From contig OX337235.1 in NCBI GenBank assembly GCA_946965045.2, forward strand, positions 1,240,001 through 1,304,000: DNA of 64,000 bases, read 5' to 3'. Shown one piece after another: positions 54,328 to 64,000 of this stretch (position 1 is the stretch's first letter; each line of letters starts with the position of its first letter). The position numbers were made by a program, and so were the translations under genes. This DNA comes from Epithemia pelagica (lineage: Eukaryota; Protista; Bacillariophyta). The notes beneath the pieces were generated by a model that worked only from the letters and a program-made list of their open reading frames with translations, had not been told where the DNA came from and ran no database searches.

Positions 54328-57300
54328 TTAGTCTTCCGTGCGTTTGCGCTTCCCCTTCTTGGCAATTTCTCCAGAACCTTGTAAATGCCGCAGTGCTCCA
54401 GCTACACCTTTCTTTTTCACGTATTGGTCCCATTCCGTACATTGTGCCTCCACTTGTGCATTCCACACACCGAATTCGACACCTGCTTTTGTTGCGATTC
54501 CTTTCAATAAAGCATTTACCCGTGAAAAGAAATTTTGGTCGGACGGTGAATAACCGGGACGCCACTTAGTCTTGTACTTCTTATCCAATGCTGCGAAACC
54601 ACCAGCTATAGGAACTCCTTCGTATGCCTCCAAACCGTAGAATTCTTGATAGATTTCGGACAGTGAAAGACTGGAGTTGTTGCCAACAAAACGACAAGAC
54701 AAAATTCTGTTAGAGACCATAGTAAGTTCGTCGTCAACTGACTGATCTCCATCAGTCAGAGAAGGAGGTAAAGTAACTTGTACTGTAGGTTGTTGGTCAG
54801 CTGGAGATTGTTGGTCAGCTGGAGGAGAAATTGCCAGGGGTGAGTACGTCTCCACTGTGAGAGTAGGCGTCGCAATTTGTGGGCTTTGGGAGACACCGGC
54901 TGGGGACTCGTTGGTTGGGGATTCGTTCTCGTTGGCGATATTTGTATGGGCGGCGACGACAAATTGTTCCATCTCTGTGGCACGCTCTGCTACTCCACGG
55001 GAAAAAAAAGAGCTGAGAGTAGATGTGAGTTGCAGTTGGCGTCGTTTGGCTTGTTCTGTAAGTCGAAGCTCCAACTGATGAAAGTTGTCAGCTTGGTTCA
55101 TCTGCTCCTCTTGCAACTGTGTGTTGACCTCTTCCATTGAGCGCTCTAATTTTACCACACCATCTGCAACTTGGTCGAATCTTTTGTTGAGTCCAGGGAG
55201 GCATCGATCAATCAGAACCACACTGGGGTCATTGTTGATATCGTTCTCTTCCAACAAGTGCTCGCGCATTGATTCGGTGAATGACCAAAAAAGAGGGGAG
55301 GAAAACATGGGAAAGCGACAAAACAGGTCGTGAGATAGTCGTTTTTTGGCACGTGGGTCTTCTGATGATTGTAGGAGGCAAATCATCGCAGCCATGTCTT
55401 GAATGAATACCGTCCGAAGAAACTTTAGGAACCTAAGAAATTCCATGGCTGTTGGGTGCTCTGGGGGAGGACGGTCGTCGTCGTCTCCGACATCCTCCTC
55501 TGTGTAACCAAGTGTGAAGTCTTCTGCACTGTCAAGCCATGGCCATACGAGATTTTTCACATCCTCCGGTACCTCCAAATTTCCACGAGGAAGCCAATAG
55601 CCATCTGAAACTTCAAATCCTGCCATGCATCGAATGGCAGATATCGGAACTTTGGCACTGTACCTTGATTCTTGGACATCCCGGTCCCAATTGCCTTGTG
55701 TAATAGGAACAATATAGTTAGATATGTATAGACAAAACGATGACAACAACATTAGGGGTGACAAACTTACCAAGTTGTTTTGTGAAGTCAGGTGACAGCT
55801 CCTTAAATTCGCAGTGAGAAGGCGCTGTGTGACGACACCAGTGGGTTACATGGTCGGATACTATACCAAGCTTTTTGAACACCTTCGACAATTCACGGCG
55901 GAAGCATTGCTGGTCCATTTGACGACAGTGGTCTGAACCAAGCTCGACCAACAATTTGATGTCAAACCATGATGAGTTGTCACGGAGGTCAGGAAAATTG
56001 TGCGATGGGACAAACTCAACGTTGGTTTGAAAACGGTACACTAGATAAGTCGCCAAAGCACCCAACGGACAGGTAAATACATCGCGGTGTCGTGTTGCGC
56101 GAGCGAATTGCGAAGGGGAATCGGCCTTGACAGTTTTTCCGGTGAAAAACTGCATGAGTACTATGTTCATCGAGTCGTGGTCTTGCTTGCATTTAATTTT
56201 GAAAACCCTTAAGTCCGACAATTCAGCGATATGTAAACTCTCGCTCCGGAGAATAGAGGCGTAATTCATGAGAAATGAGAAGCGGTTGCGAAGAGAAGTA
56301 AATGTGGTTCGAATAACGTTTTCGTCGCAACCAGCGAGCCAAAATACTTCTTCAATTTTTCCGACTAATTCCGTGTGTTCAAATGGCGAGCATTCCTTCA
56401 CTTTCTCTTTGTAATTCTTCTTCGCAACACGAGCCGACCGCCCCTGAGGAGTAAATCACTGGTTAGTTACACATTCATTTGAATCACAGTTCGGTTGACT
56501 ATTGTAGTACTTACTTGTACAATTTTCAAAAGGTTCTTGATGCTGGTTGTACAGATCTGTGTGTCCCAGTTGAGTGAGTTGCTTCCGTTCCCTTCTTCGG
56601 CCTGGTAATCATATAACTTGCGTATGGCGGAGCGATATGTTGATATGGACGAAAACCCTAGAGGGTTCCTAGGTTCCATTTCGTCCAGAATCGCAGATTC
56701 ATTACCAGAGATCGTACCGTTGTGTGCGTCGAGGATTGCCACATATTTGTCACATAGACGGTCATAATCAACAACGTTGAATACTCCAGGCTTTTTGTTA
56801 TTGGTTTTTTGGTCGCGGAAGACTTGGTAAAACATGAATTGGTACAATTTCTCACCAGTAACGGTGAAACGAGTACATTCAGTTTGCCAGTTGTAAATTG
56901 TAGCGCAGAAACCTCGAAACTCTAAAATACGATACTTATAAGCTTCGCGCGTGTTTTTTCGCATAAGAGTGTCCATGATCTGGTGTGTCACAGCACGCAT
57001 CTCCGAAACACTCATACGCATACGGGGTTGGGGAAGTACTGCACTCCCACGTACAGCCTCAAGCAACGACTGCGGTGGTGTACGACGAGAATTGGATGGA
57101 GGGTTCCCATTGTCATCGCCATGGACAGGATGGTTGTTGCTGGAGTTAGTGGAATTGTTTGTGTTTGGTGGATTTGTAGTTGCTGTTGTTGTATTGGTGG
57201 GAGTGGTTGGTGTTGGTGATAGTATAGGAAATAATATACGGCGATGAGTCGAGTGAGTAGTAGCTTCCTCGTCTCCATTCGTAGGCTGGTTGTCAGGTTG

Positions 57301-57402
57301 GGAATCCTCATTACGAGGATTACGACGACGAGTAGACGACGAGCGACGTGAGGAGGAAGCCGTGCCATTAGCCCGTTGCGTGGCTCTTTGCGTTCGCGGC
57401 AT
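54328..57402 (-). CDS. Crypton-type tyrosine recombinase (NDC10_II-like) with C-terminal GCR1_C DNA-binding domain; exons 57402-56515, 56443-55771, 55694-54328 (975 aa)
   Basis: Core-binding helix NTREAYKYRILEF. Catalytic set R (ILRSES), K (GKT), HxxR (THWCR), W (LG|NW), Y (SRYS). RHRDVFTCPLGALA motif. GCR1_C-like LSEIYQEFYG...LDKKYKTKWR...FFSR. Both introns are GTAAGT...AG and join in frame (2928 nt). Confidence 0.88.
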
Positions 57403-57654
57403 GACGATTGAATGCACAATAGGAAAAGTAAATGTGTTAATTTTTTATCTGTCTATCGAAAAGGTCAGATGATCGGCCATTACGGTCATCATTCGACTCG
57501 GATGAGCCATTTAGGTGCTTCAGGTAATGACTGTGGAGAGCATTGCCTGGTTTTTCGTCATTGCAATTGCTGGCGACTGCTATGGACGACATTGGTCGGC
57601 AGGCGTGCTTATCGAGCGTGCCACTCTCTACGTGCAACTACGGTGGATGAAACC

Positions 57655-57784
57655 TTATCCCAATACAAATAAGACTGTTTATCCAATGAATAATCATCGT
57701 TATTGGTCACGAGATAAGCAGTCTCAGGATAAAAAAGACGTTTGTGCGACTCAAATGAGGATAAAATTACTAAAATTTTTATCC
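57655..57784. promoter_or_regulatory. Right subterminal cluster of GGATAA/TTATCC motifs
   Basis: ttatcc 57655, ttatcc 57679, ggataa 57727, ggataa 57759, ttatcc 57779; the last two form an inverted pair. Function is inferred. Confidence 0.55.
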
Positions 57785-58082
57785 TGGGTACGAATAATAG
57801 CTATGTCGATGTCGGATTTGGTCGTGTTTCAATCGCTCGTTTCTCTGTACGGGATCAACGGCTCATTTTTGCGGTCGCGCACCACCACGCTTTTTCTCAT
57901 GCTCATCTCCCACTTTTGTTGTTGTTGCGAAATCTGTGCAGTTGACGTTGAGTTCAGCGTTCTGCCCAAAAATCCAAGTATATTGTTTGAACGGCAGCTG
58001 ATCTGGGTGCTTTATCGACTGGTGCAGTGGTGGATCGATTCATTCATCTTGAGTTCATCCACGGCAACACACAAACAAGAAC

Positions 58083-59480
58083 ATGTACTTTGGCGGAGAT
58101 CCTTTTGAGCATTTTGCTCATTCATCTGGTCGCGGTGGTCGTGGTGGAGGCCCTGGACGGTCGGGACGAATGAGTGGGCAAGCCGACACCACGAAGCTGT
58201 ATGAAACTCTGGGTGTACGTCATGGAACAGGATGGGGGGTTAGGACGGCGAAACTGTGGTTGTTTTGATCTGTTTATCAGTTGTTCGCTCGGTGTTTTGT
58301 CTCACATGCACAATCTGTTGTTGTTCTCTTTTACCTGTGTTTTGTCGCATCACAGGTTGAAAAGTCGGCTACACCGCAAGATATCAAAAAGGCCTATCGC
58401 AAGCTTGCTGTCAAGTTACATCCCGACAAGGGCGGTGACGAACAAAAGTTCAAGGAAGTTAATGCTGCCTATGAAATTCTCAGCGACGCCGAGAAACGAA
58501 AGAAATATGACCAATATGGCTTGGAGGGGCTGGAAGACGACGGTGGTCCCGGTGGTGCCACGGCCGACGATTTGTTTAGCATGTTTTTCGGTGGGGGTCC
58601 TCGTCGTCGGAGTGCCGGCCCTCGTCGTGGAGAAGATGTCAATCATGCCATTAAAGTGAGTTTGGAGGACTTATACAATGGGAAAACCGTCAAACTGGCC
58701 GTCAATCGACAAGTTTTGGATGGCGAACCGCGGATGTGCACGTATTGCGATGGTCAAGGTGTCGTGGTGGAATTGAGACGCATTGCCTTGGGGATGGTAC
58801 AACAAATGCAACGAGCGTGTCCCCATTGCGACGGGGAAGGCTATATTTGCAATAAGCGAAAAGAACGCAAACTGCTGGAAATATTCATTGAAAAGGGAAT
58901 GCGACACAATGAAAAGGTGGTATTTCGGGGAGCCGCCGACGAGAAACCAAATATGGAACCGGGGAACATCAACTTTATCGTACAAGAACAAGCCCATGAG
59001 GTATTTAAACGCAAGGGGGCCGATTTATTAATTACGAAAACCTTGTCCTTGAATGAGGCACTTTGTGGTTTCGCCTGGAAAGTCACTCATTTGGATGGCC
59101 GACAAGTTGTCATTGAATCCAAACCGGGCGAAGTGATCCAGGCCGAGGCACCAAGAGGCAAACCATTTTGCAAAATTGTTCCCAACGAGGGAATGCCGAG
59201 TCGAGGCAATCCCTTTGTTCGGGGTAATCTATACGTGCTCTTTCAAGTAAAGTTTCCGCAAGACGGAGAAATTTCCGAGAGTGCTATTCAACAATTACGT
59301 CGGTATTTACCCGGCAAAGCCATGGATATTGAATACAAACCAGAAGACGTCGAAGTGGTTCATTTGGAAACGGGTGATGCGAGACAGTTTGGCAGAGGTG
59401 GTGCGGCAAACTCTAATTCCGCGTACGATTCCGATGACGAAGACGATGGTCGTCAAGGTGTACAATGTCAACAGTCTTAG
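58083..59480 (+). CDS. DNAJA: DnaJ/Hsp40 class A co-chaperone; exons 58083-58214, 58356-59480
   Basis: J domain LYETLG|[25 protein letters not shown] region, two CxxCxGxG motifs, C-terminal CaaX CQQS. Confidence 0.93.
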
Positions 59481-59709
59481 AACTGCATAAAGCATGCTAG
59501 CAAGATGGCTCTATTTTGTACTATATAGATTGCTTTTATTCTGTTTAGATATGAGATGGAACACTAGTTCAGAAAATAGAATCGCGCTGCCCTCAATTTA
59601 GTGTCTTCATAAGAAAGTTTCTCAAATAATTGTCCTGACACGACCAGATATTGTTCCATGGAAACTGGTGTCACAAATGTTATCAGTCCCTTCCCGACAG
59701 AACCGCCCA

Positions 59710-61084
59710 CTACGATGCTTTGCGGCAAAGCTTTACACTGTAAACTTGCTCGACCTCACTCACTTGTTCTTCAAACAGTTCAGTTGCAAGTTGGTACAAC
59801 TTTTGATCCAATTGCGTGAATTCCTGAATCAACGACAGTTCCTCATCCGTTGGAGTAAAGGAACTCCCGTGGTGGAGGACACCATGATCCGCCATCTTGG
59901 CAGGCAGTTTGGTGACCGGTTGGCCAGTAGAGCAGTTGCAGTCGTCCGGGACCTTTTGAAGAATCGTTGTCGCAAATACACAGTAGCTTAGATCCATATC
60001 GTCCATTACACCGACCGCATCAAAGAGACCCAGCAAGTCATCTTTTGATTCTGGGAACATGGTCAACCAACTCTGGAAGTTGAGGGGGATAAAGCAGGTA
60101 AAATTAGGATCCCTCCAATGGATAAAAGGGTCGGACATGTTTCGTTCAATTTGTGGATCTCGTTGTCTAATCTCGTGCCATGCTTTGAGCCATTCCAACA
60201 ATGTATCGGGCATTGCGTCCGCTTTCCCCAAGCGATTATGTTCTATGGATTCCTTACAATGAAAGTACTGAGAAAGGACATGAGACACTGGCTCACGAAA
60301 CAGGGTAAGCGCGTGAGGGGGTTGGTACTGATTGAACCCCATCTCGGTCATAAAGACTCGATAAGTCGGATGCGATTGTGTCCAATTCTGCCATTGCTCA
60401 ATATTGAATCGACGCCCCATACCCAGTTGTTGGAGCGTAACTCCTCCCCTACGCAACATTTTATGCATTGTGTAGCCTCCAGTCTAGAAAGGAAACACAA
60501 ATTGGTGTAAGATGCACTCGTCGATCATGTAATTTCAAGCATACAATATCTGGATCTACCTTGGGAATGTGCAAGTACTGATTCCATGCAGGAAAAGGAA
60601 CGAGAGCAGGACAACATTTGAAAACCGGAACACACAATGTTGGGATGAATGTTAGAATTCAAGCTGTGAGCGACAAGAAAAACGACAGTGCCTTCCGTCT
60701 GCTTACGTAATACTGGGTTGGGCTGGTCATGTTTGGAAGCGGTTGCTGTTGCTCGGCTTGGACGGAGGAAGGACTACCACTCAGTGTCGTATTGGTGTCC
60801 CCGAGCCAGGAACGTGACTCTGTGTCATTCGTCATGACGTTGTTGCAGCAGGGCTTTTCACTCCGCGATACGGTCGTGAGGACAAGGCCAGTGATCAAAA
60901 GAAGGAGAACCAATGCCATGATTCGTTTGTTGCAACAATGCTCCAAAACCATTCCTGTGATTGTGTTGCATCCCCCACTCGACTTGTTTGTACCATAGTC
61001 CATGGCCGGAACTCTGGTATACACACCCCATGCTCCGTTCCTTCGTTCCGAACGATCCTTACTTGGTGAAAGACTCAAACGCAT
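59710..61084 (-). CDS. Type II membrane (Golgi-type) sulfotransferase-like protein; exons 61084-60707, 60577-60560, 60483-59710
   Basis: TM ALVLLLLITGLVLTTV and a stem region. Splicing builds YYYLHIPKTGG (5'-PSB-like). TLFREPVSHVLSQYFH is 3'-PB-like. Total 1170 nt in frame. Confidence 0.8.
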
Positions 61085-61866
61085 GATTCTTCTCGACCAC
61101 TAAAGAGAAATAATGAACTCACTTTTCCGTCAAGAAGTGTGTTTATCCTCCCAAATCCTTCTCAGCAATTTGAACGATCGCTGGACGAGTAGGCGCGAGG
61201 CGTGACAGATCTCGCGAGTGGAAGTTGGAAGACAAAGATGTCTGTCTGTTGGAGCGAGTCAACCTTCACGTCCATCTCACTGGAATCCAACGAACCACAT
61301 CAACAAAAGGAAAAGATTCCTCATCGTGGCTTGGTATTCATATTCCATAGAACCTATTTGCTTGCATTGGAGTTGATTGTTGATACAAGCATCAAATCTA
61401 CAAGGCAGATTCTCCAGAGAGTCATGCGGTGGACTCATCGAGAAGACAGGACGACTCATTCAACCGAGCTGGTCTTCCGTTCAGAACCACGACCTTCGAC
61501 ATTTTATACCGATTATAGCGCATCTCGCGACTTCACGCAGGGGCGTCATGGTCAAAGGTTGTTCATCATGGTCATGGATCAACGGACGATGCAAGTTCTG
61601 AATGGCGTGACAGTGTGACGCACGAAGGACACTACGACATCCGCTCAGGTGTGCTCATGGAGTACAATGTTTTGATGCAAACGCTTTTATAGAAGTAGCC
61701 GAAAAACCGACAACTAAGCTGTTGAGTTATGATGCCAGTCGGGATGACCACATTTCGTTCTTCACCTTCAAGACGAGAATAGCGCCATGGAGCCGCTGCT
61801 GCAACTGAGCAAACATCATCACAGTTCTTGTCACCCTCGAATACAGGAAAGCACTCATCAAATCAC

Positions 61867-63711
61867 ATGGAAGAACAAGAGCAACAGGTGGAAAGAAATG
61901 GAGACGATGCCTTGGGTAAAGACCAGCCTCTGAACTTTCGAAGAAGACGCCTCAGCTTACCCCGACACCATCTCGAAGCGGCCAATGCTGCAGCGCTTGT
62001 GGCCAAAGCTGAGGACGACAAAGCAGAGGAACCTGAGACTAGGAACAAGGAGGAATGCGAAAAAGATTGCTTGTCGAATGGAGACGTCGTTACTCCTCAA
62101 ACAACTTCGGAACAACCGCATGGAGAGGACGACGACATGGATGAAAAGGCCCATACGTTTCGTAAACGACGGCTTTCGCTTACCTTCAATCGTATGCCAA
62201 ACTTGGAAGAAGATCCTTCCAATAATGAGGACGACGATGCTGATGGACCGGATCCGAAGCGACAGAGGCGTTTATCGACAGCCGAGAGCAGTGTTGCATC
62301 CAATACATCTGCGTCGCCCTCATTGAACAATAATAACAACAACAACAATAGCAAGGCGCGCATTATGCATTCGGCTGAAATGATTTCTGGTCCATTCGCC
62401 CCTCCCAGTCCGATCCATCACAATCATGTGTTGCACAAACAGAATCCGTTGCCTCCGTCACAATCTTCGGCCTTGGATGATGATGCCGCGGATACTGTAC
62501 ATTCTACGCACTTGGAGTCCCATTTGTTGGAGTTTAGCCCTCGCAGACTTCGCACGAGAAGTCGACGAAGATATTCGTGGAAGCAACGGCACCATCATTC
62601 GGACGAAGAAATGTTGCCCTTTCCCAAGCATGTGGTGGGGACTTACTCTTGTCATGGTATTGAACCAATCTACGACGAGAGTGATTATGAACAATCACCC
62701 CCTCCGAACGAACAACCATCCATAACTACCGGAGACAAGCTGAGCAGAGACAATGAGTCATTTTGGGGTGATTATCAAGACAGCGCGGAAAGCTTTGACA
62801 ACGAAGCCAAGATAAATGGTACACAGAAAGAGCAACAAACATCCATATCGGCCAAAATCAATCAAGATCGAGGTGGAATAACATATCCATATGCCAATTC
62901 CGATAAGACAGCCTTATTTGCTGTGTATGATGGTCATGGACAAGGTGGTGAATTGGTTTCCCAATTTGCCTTGCATGAAATCCAACGTCGCCTTGAAAAA
63001 CATCCTTTGTTCTCAACCAACTTGGAAGCTGCCATGAGGGAAACCTTTCTTACTGTGGACGAAGCCCTAAAGCACGAACCTATTATTGAACCATTTTTTG
63101 CTGGCACCACGGCCTGTTTGGCCTTGTTGCAGGACAAGAAAATAACCTTGGCGAACGCAGGGGACTCGCGTGCCGTCTTGGGTCGAAAACGCGAGGACAA
63201 TGGTGATTGGGAAGGTATTGATTTAACAAACGATCAAAATCCGGACTCGCCTTTGGAAATGGAACGAATCTTAAATCTGGGTGGTTTTGTGTCGCCACCG
63301 CCCGGTCCAGGGCTTTCAGCGCGTGTGTGGTTGGATGCGGAAATGACTCAAATTGGATTAGCCATGGCGCGATCGATTGGAGACCATGCCGTGTCCGACG
63401 TGGGCGTGATTGCCGATCCCGTCGTCTCGACACATACTGTGAACGAACGGGATGAATTCATGATACTGGCATCGGATGGTGTCTGGGAATTTTTGGAGTC
63501 TCAGGAAGCAGTGCAAATTGTAGGTGACCATTTGGAAGAACTCGGCGCAACCAAGGCCTGTCAAGCGTTAATTGAAGCAGCCGCGTCGAAATGGCACGAA
63601 GAAGAAGGGGAATATCGAGACGATATCACTGCGATTGTGGTACAATTGCACCACTTGTGGAGTGGACAACCATCCAAGTCACAGAAACGGCAACAGACAG
63701 AATCAAACTAA
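61867..63711 (+). CDS. PP2C / PPM-family protein phosphatase with long N-terminal regulatory extension
   Basis: NQDRG, AVYDGHG, GTTAC, ANAGDSRAVLG, LAMARSIGD, LASDGVWEF and DDITAIV motifs. First ATG is 61867. Confidence 0.92.
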   Translation: MEEQEQQVERNGDDALGKDQPLNFRRRRLSLPRHHLEAANAAALVAKAEDDKAEEPETRNKEECEKDCLSNGDVVTPQTTSEQPHGEDDDMDEKAHTFRKRRLSLTFNRMPNLEEDPSNNEDDDADGPDPKRQRRLSTAESSVASNTSASPSLNNNNNNNNSKARIMHSAEMISGPFAPPSPIHHNHVLHKQNPLPPSQSSALDDDAADTVHSTHLESHLLEFSPRRLRTRSRRRYSWKQRHHHSDEEMLPFPKHVVGTYSCHGIEPIYDESDYEQSPPPNEQPSITTGDKLSRDNESFWGDYQDSAESFDNEAKINGTQKEQQTSISAKINQDRGGITYPYANSDKTALFAVYDGHGQGGELVSQFALHEIQRRLEKHPLFSTNLEAAMRETFLTVDEALKHEPIIEPFFAGTTACLALLQDKKITLANAGDSRAVLGRKREDNGDWEGIDLTNDQNPDSPLEMERILNLGGFVSPPPGPGLSARVWLDAEMTQIGLAMARSIGDHAVSDVGVIADPVVSTHTVNERDEFMILASDGVWEFLESQEAVQIVGDHLEELGATKACQALIEAAASKWHEEEGEYRDDITAIVVQLHHLWSGQPSKSQKRQQTESN

Positions 63712-64000
63712 AAAGGGTTATATTATTTTTCCAATGACAAAATGAATGGTTGCACAACCAATCATATCTTTCACGTTGAGAACAGATCCTCTCTTGTATT
63801 TTGACAAGCGGGTATAGGTCGAACCTGTTTGCAAATTCGGTCAGAATTTCTGTGAAACTGAACCTTGGTTCGAAGAGGTGACTGCTTGTCTTGTCGCACG
63901 TTCTTAGAGAACTGAACGGTGGTCTGTTGTCGTATATGCGGAGCCCTTCTTGAAGTCCTTCTCCTCCTGCTTGGCGATCACCGTTGTTGTGATGTTGTTG

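Larger units (their letters stand above)
49972..57793 (-). mobile_element. Crypton-like tyrosine-recombinase DNA element (~7.8 kb) carrying about five cargo ORFs
   Basis: Encodes a YR + GCR1_C protein. TACGA direct repeats at 49972-49976 and 57789-57793. GGATAA/TTATCC clusters at both ends. The flanks rejoin to match the paralogous copy at 47140-47280. Confidence 0.8.

Noticed and set aside
54328-57402. Classification as a Starship captain, DIRS retroelement or phage integrase
   Set aside because: The motifs and C-terminal GCR1_C fit Crypton-type YR. There is no RT/RNase H or phage gene, and the gene has spliceosomal introns.
50029-57788. ttatcctggg 10-mer direct repeat as the element termini
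   Set aside because: It is one of the subterminal motifs. The paralogous empty site contains TACGA but not this 10-mer, and host homology stops near 49976, so TACGA is preferred. It is kept as an alternative.
63780-64000. 3' end of a minus-strand gene running off the window
   Set aside because: Open frames exist (e.g. ...NNITTTVIAKQEEKDFKKGSAYTTTDHRSVL*) but are too short to choose a frame or product.
1-64000. rRNA/tRNA genes and the many short antisense ORFs overlapping called genes
   Set aside because: No tRNA cloverleaf or rRNA signature was recognised by eye (tRNAscan/Infernal not run). The antisense ORFs are explained by codon bias and trinucleotide repeats on the coding strand.

Overview
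Eukaryotic nuclear DNA, most likely a pennate diatom. Evidence: GT-AG introns, a bipartite plastid-type presequence on an LPA1 homologue, and diatom-style type II LRR proteins. The species cannot be fixed from sequence alone. Host genes, left to right: LPA1-like/SnoaL fusion, DNA polymerase eta, a tail-anchored coiled-coil repeat protein, an RBR E3 ligase with ZZ finger, a 2,600-aa MYND + TM + LRR protein, two tandem bestrophins, IP5 2-kinase, an orphan, an 8-exon cohesin STAG/SCC3, a GKVWD-repeat protein, a HAD-methyltransferase-MDR triple fusion, a disordered tail-anchored protein, an LRR pseudogene, DnaJ, a sulfotransferase-like gene with an 18-nt microexon, and a PP2C. The main result is a ~7.8-kb tyrosine-recombinase (Crypton-like) element at 49972-57793. 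It carries an intact recombinase-GCR1_C gene plus about five uncharacterised cargo ORFs, two of which are paralogues sharing a domain I cannot name. It is bounded by 5-bp TACGA direct repeats and has GGATAA motif clusters at both ends. It splits one copy of a local duplication whose other copy (single TACGA at 47170-47174) looks like the empty site. Exon structures, alignments and family calls were made by eye without databases.
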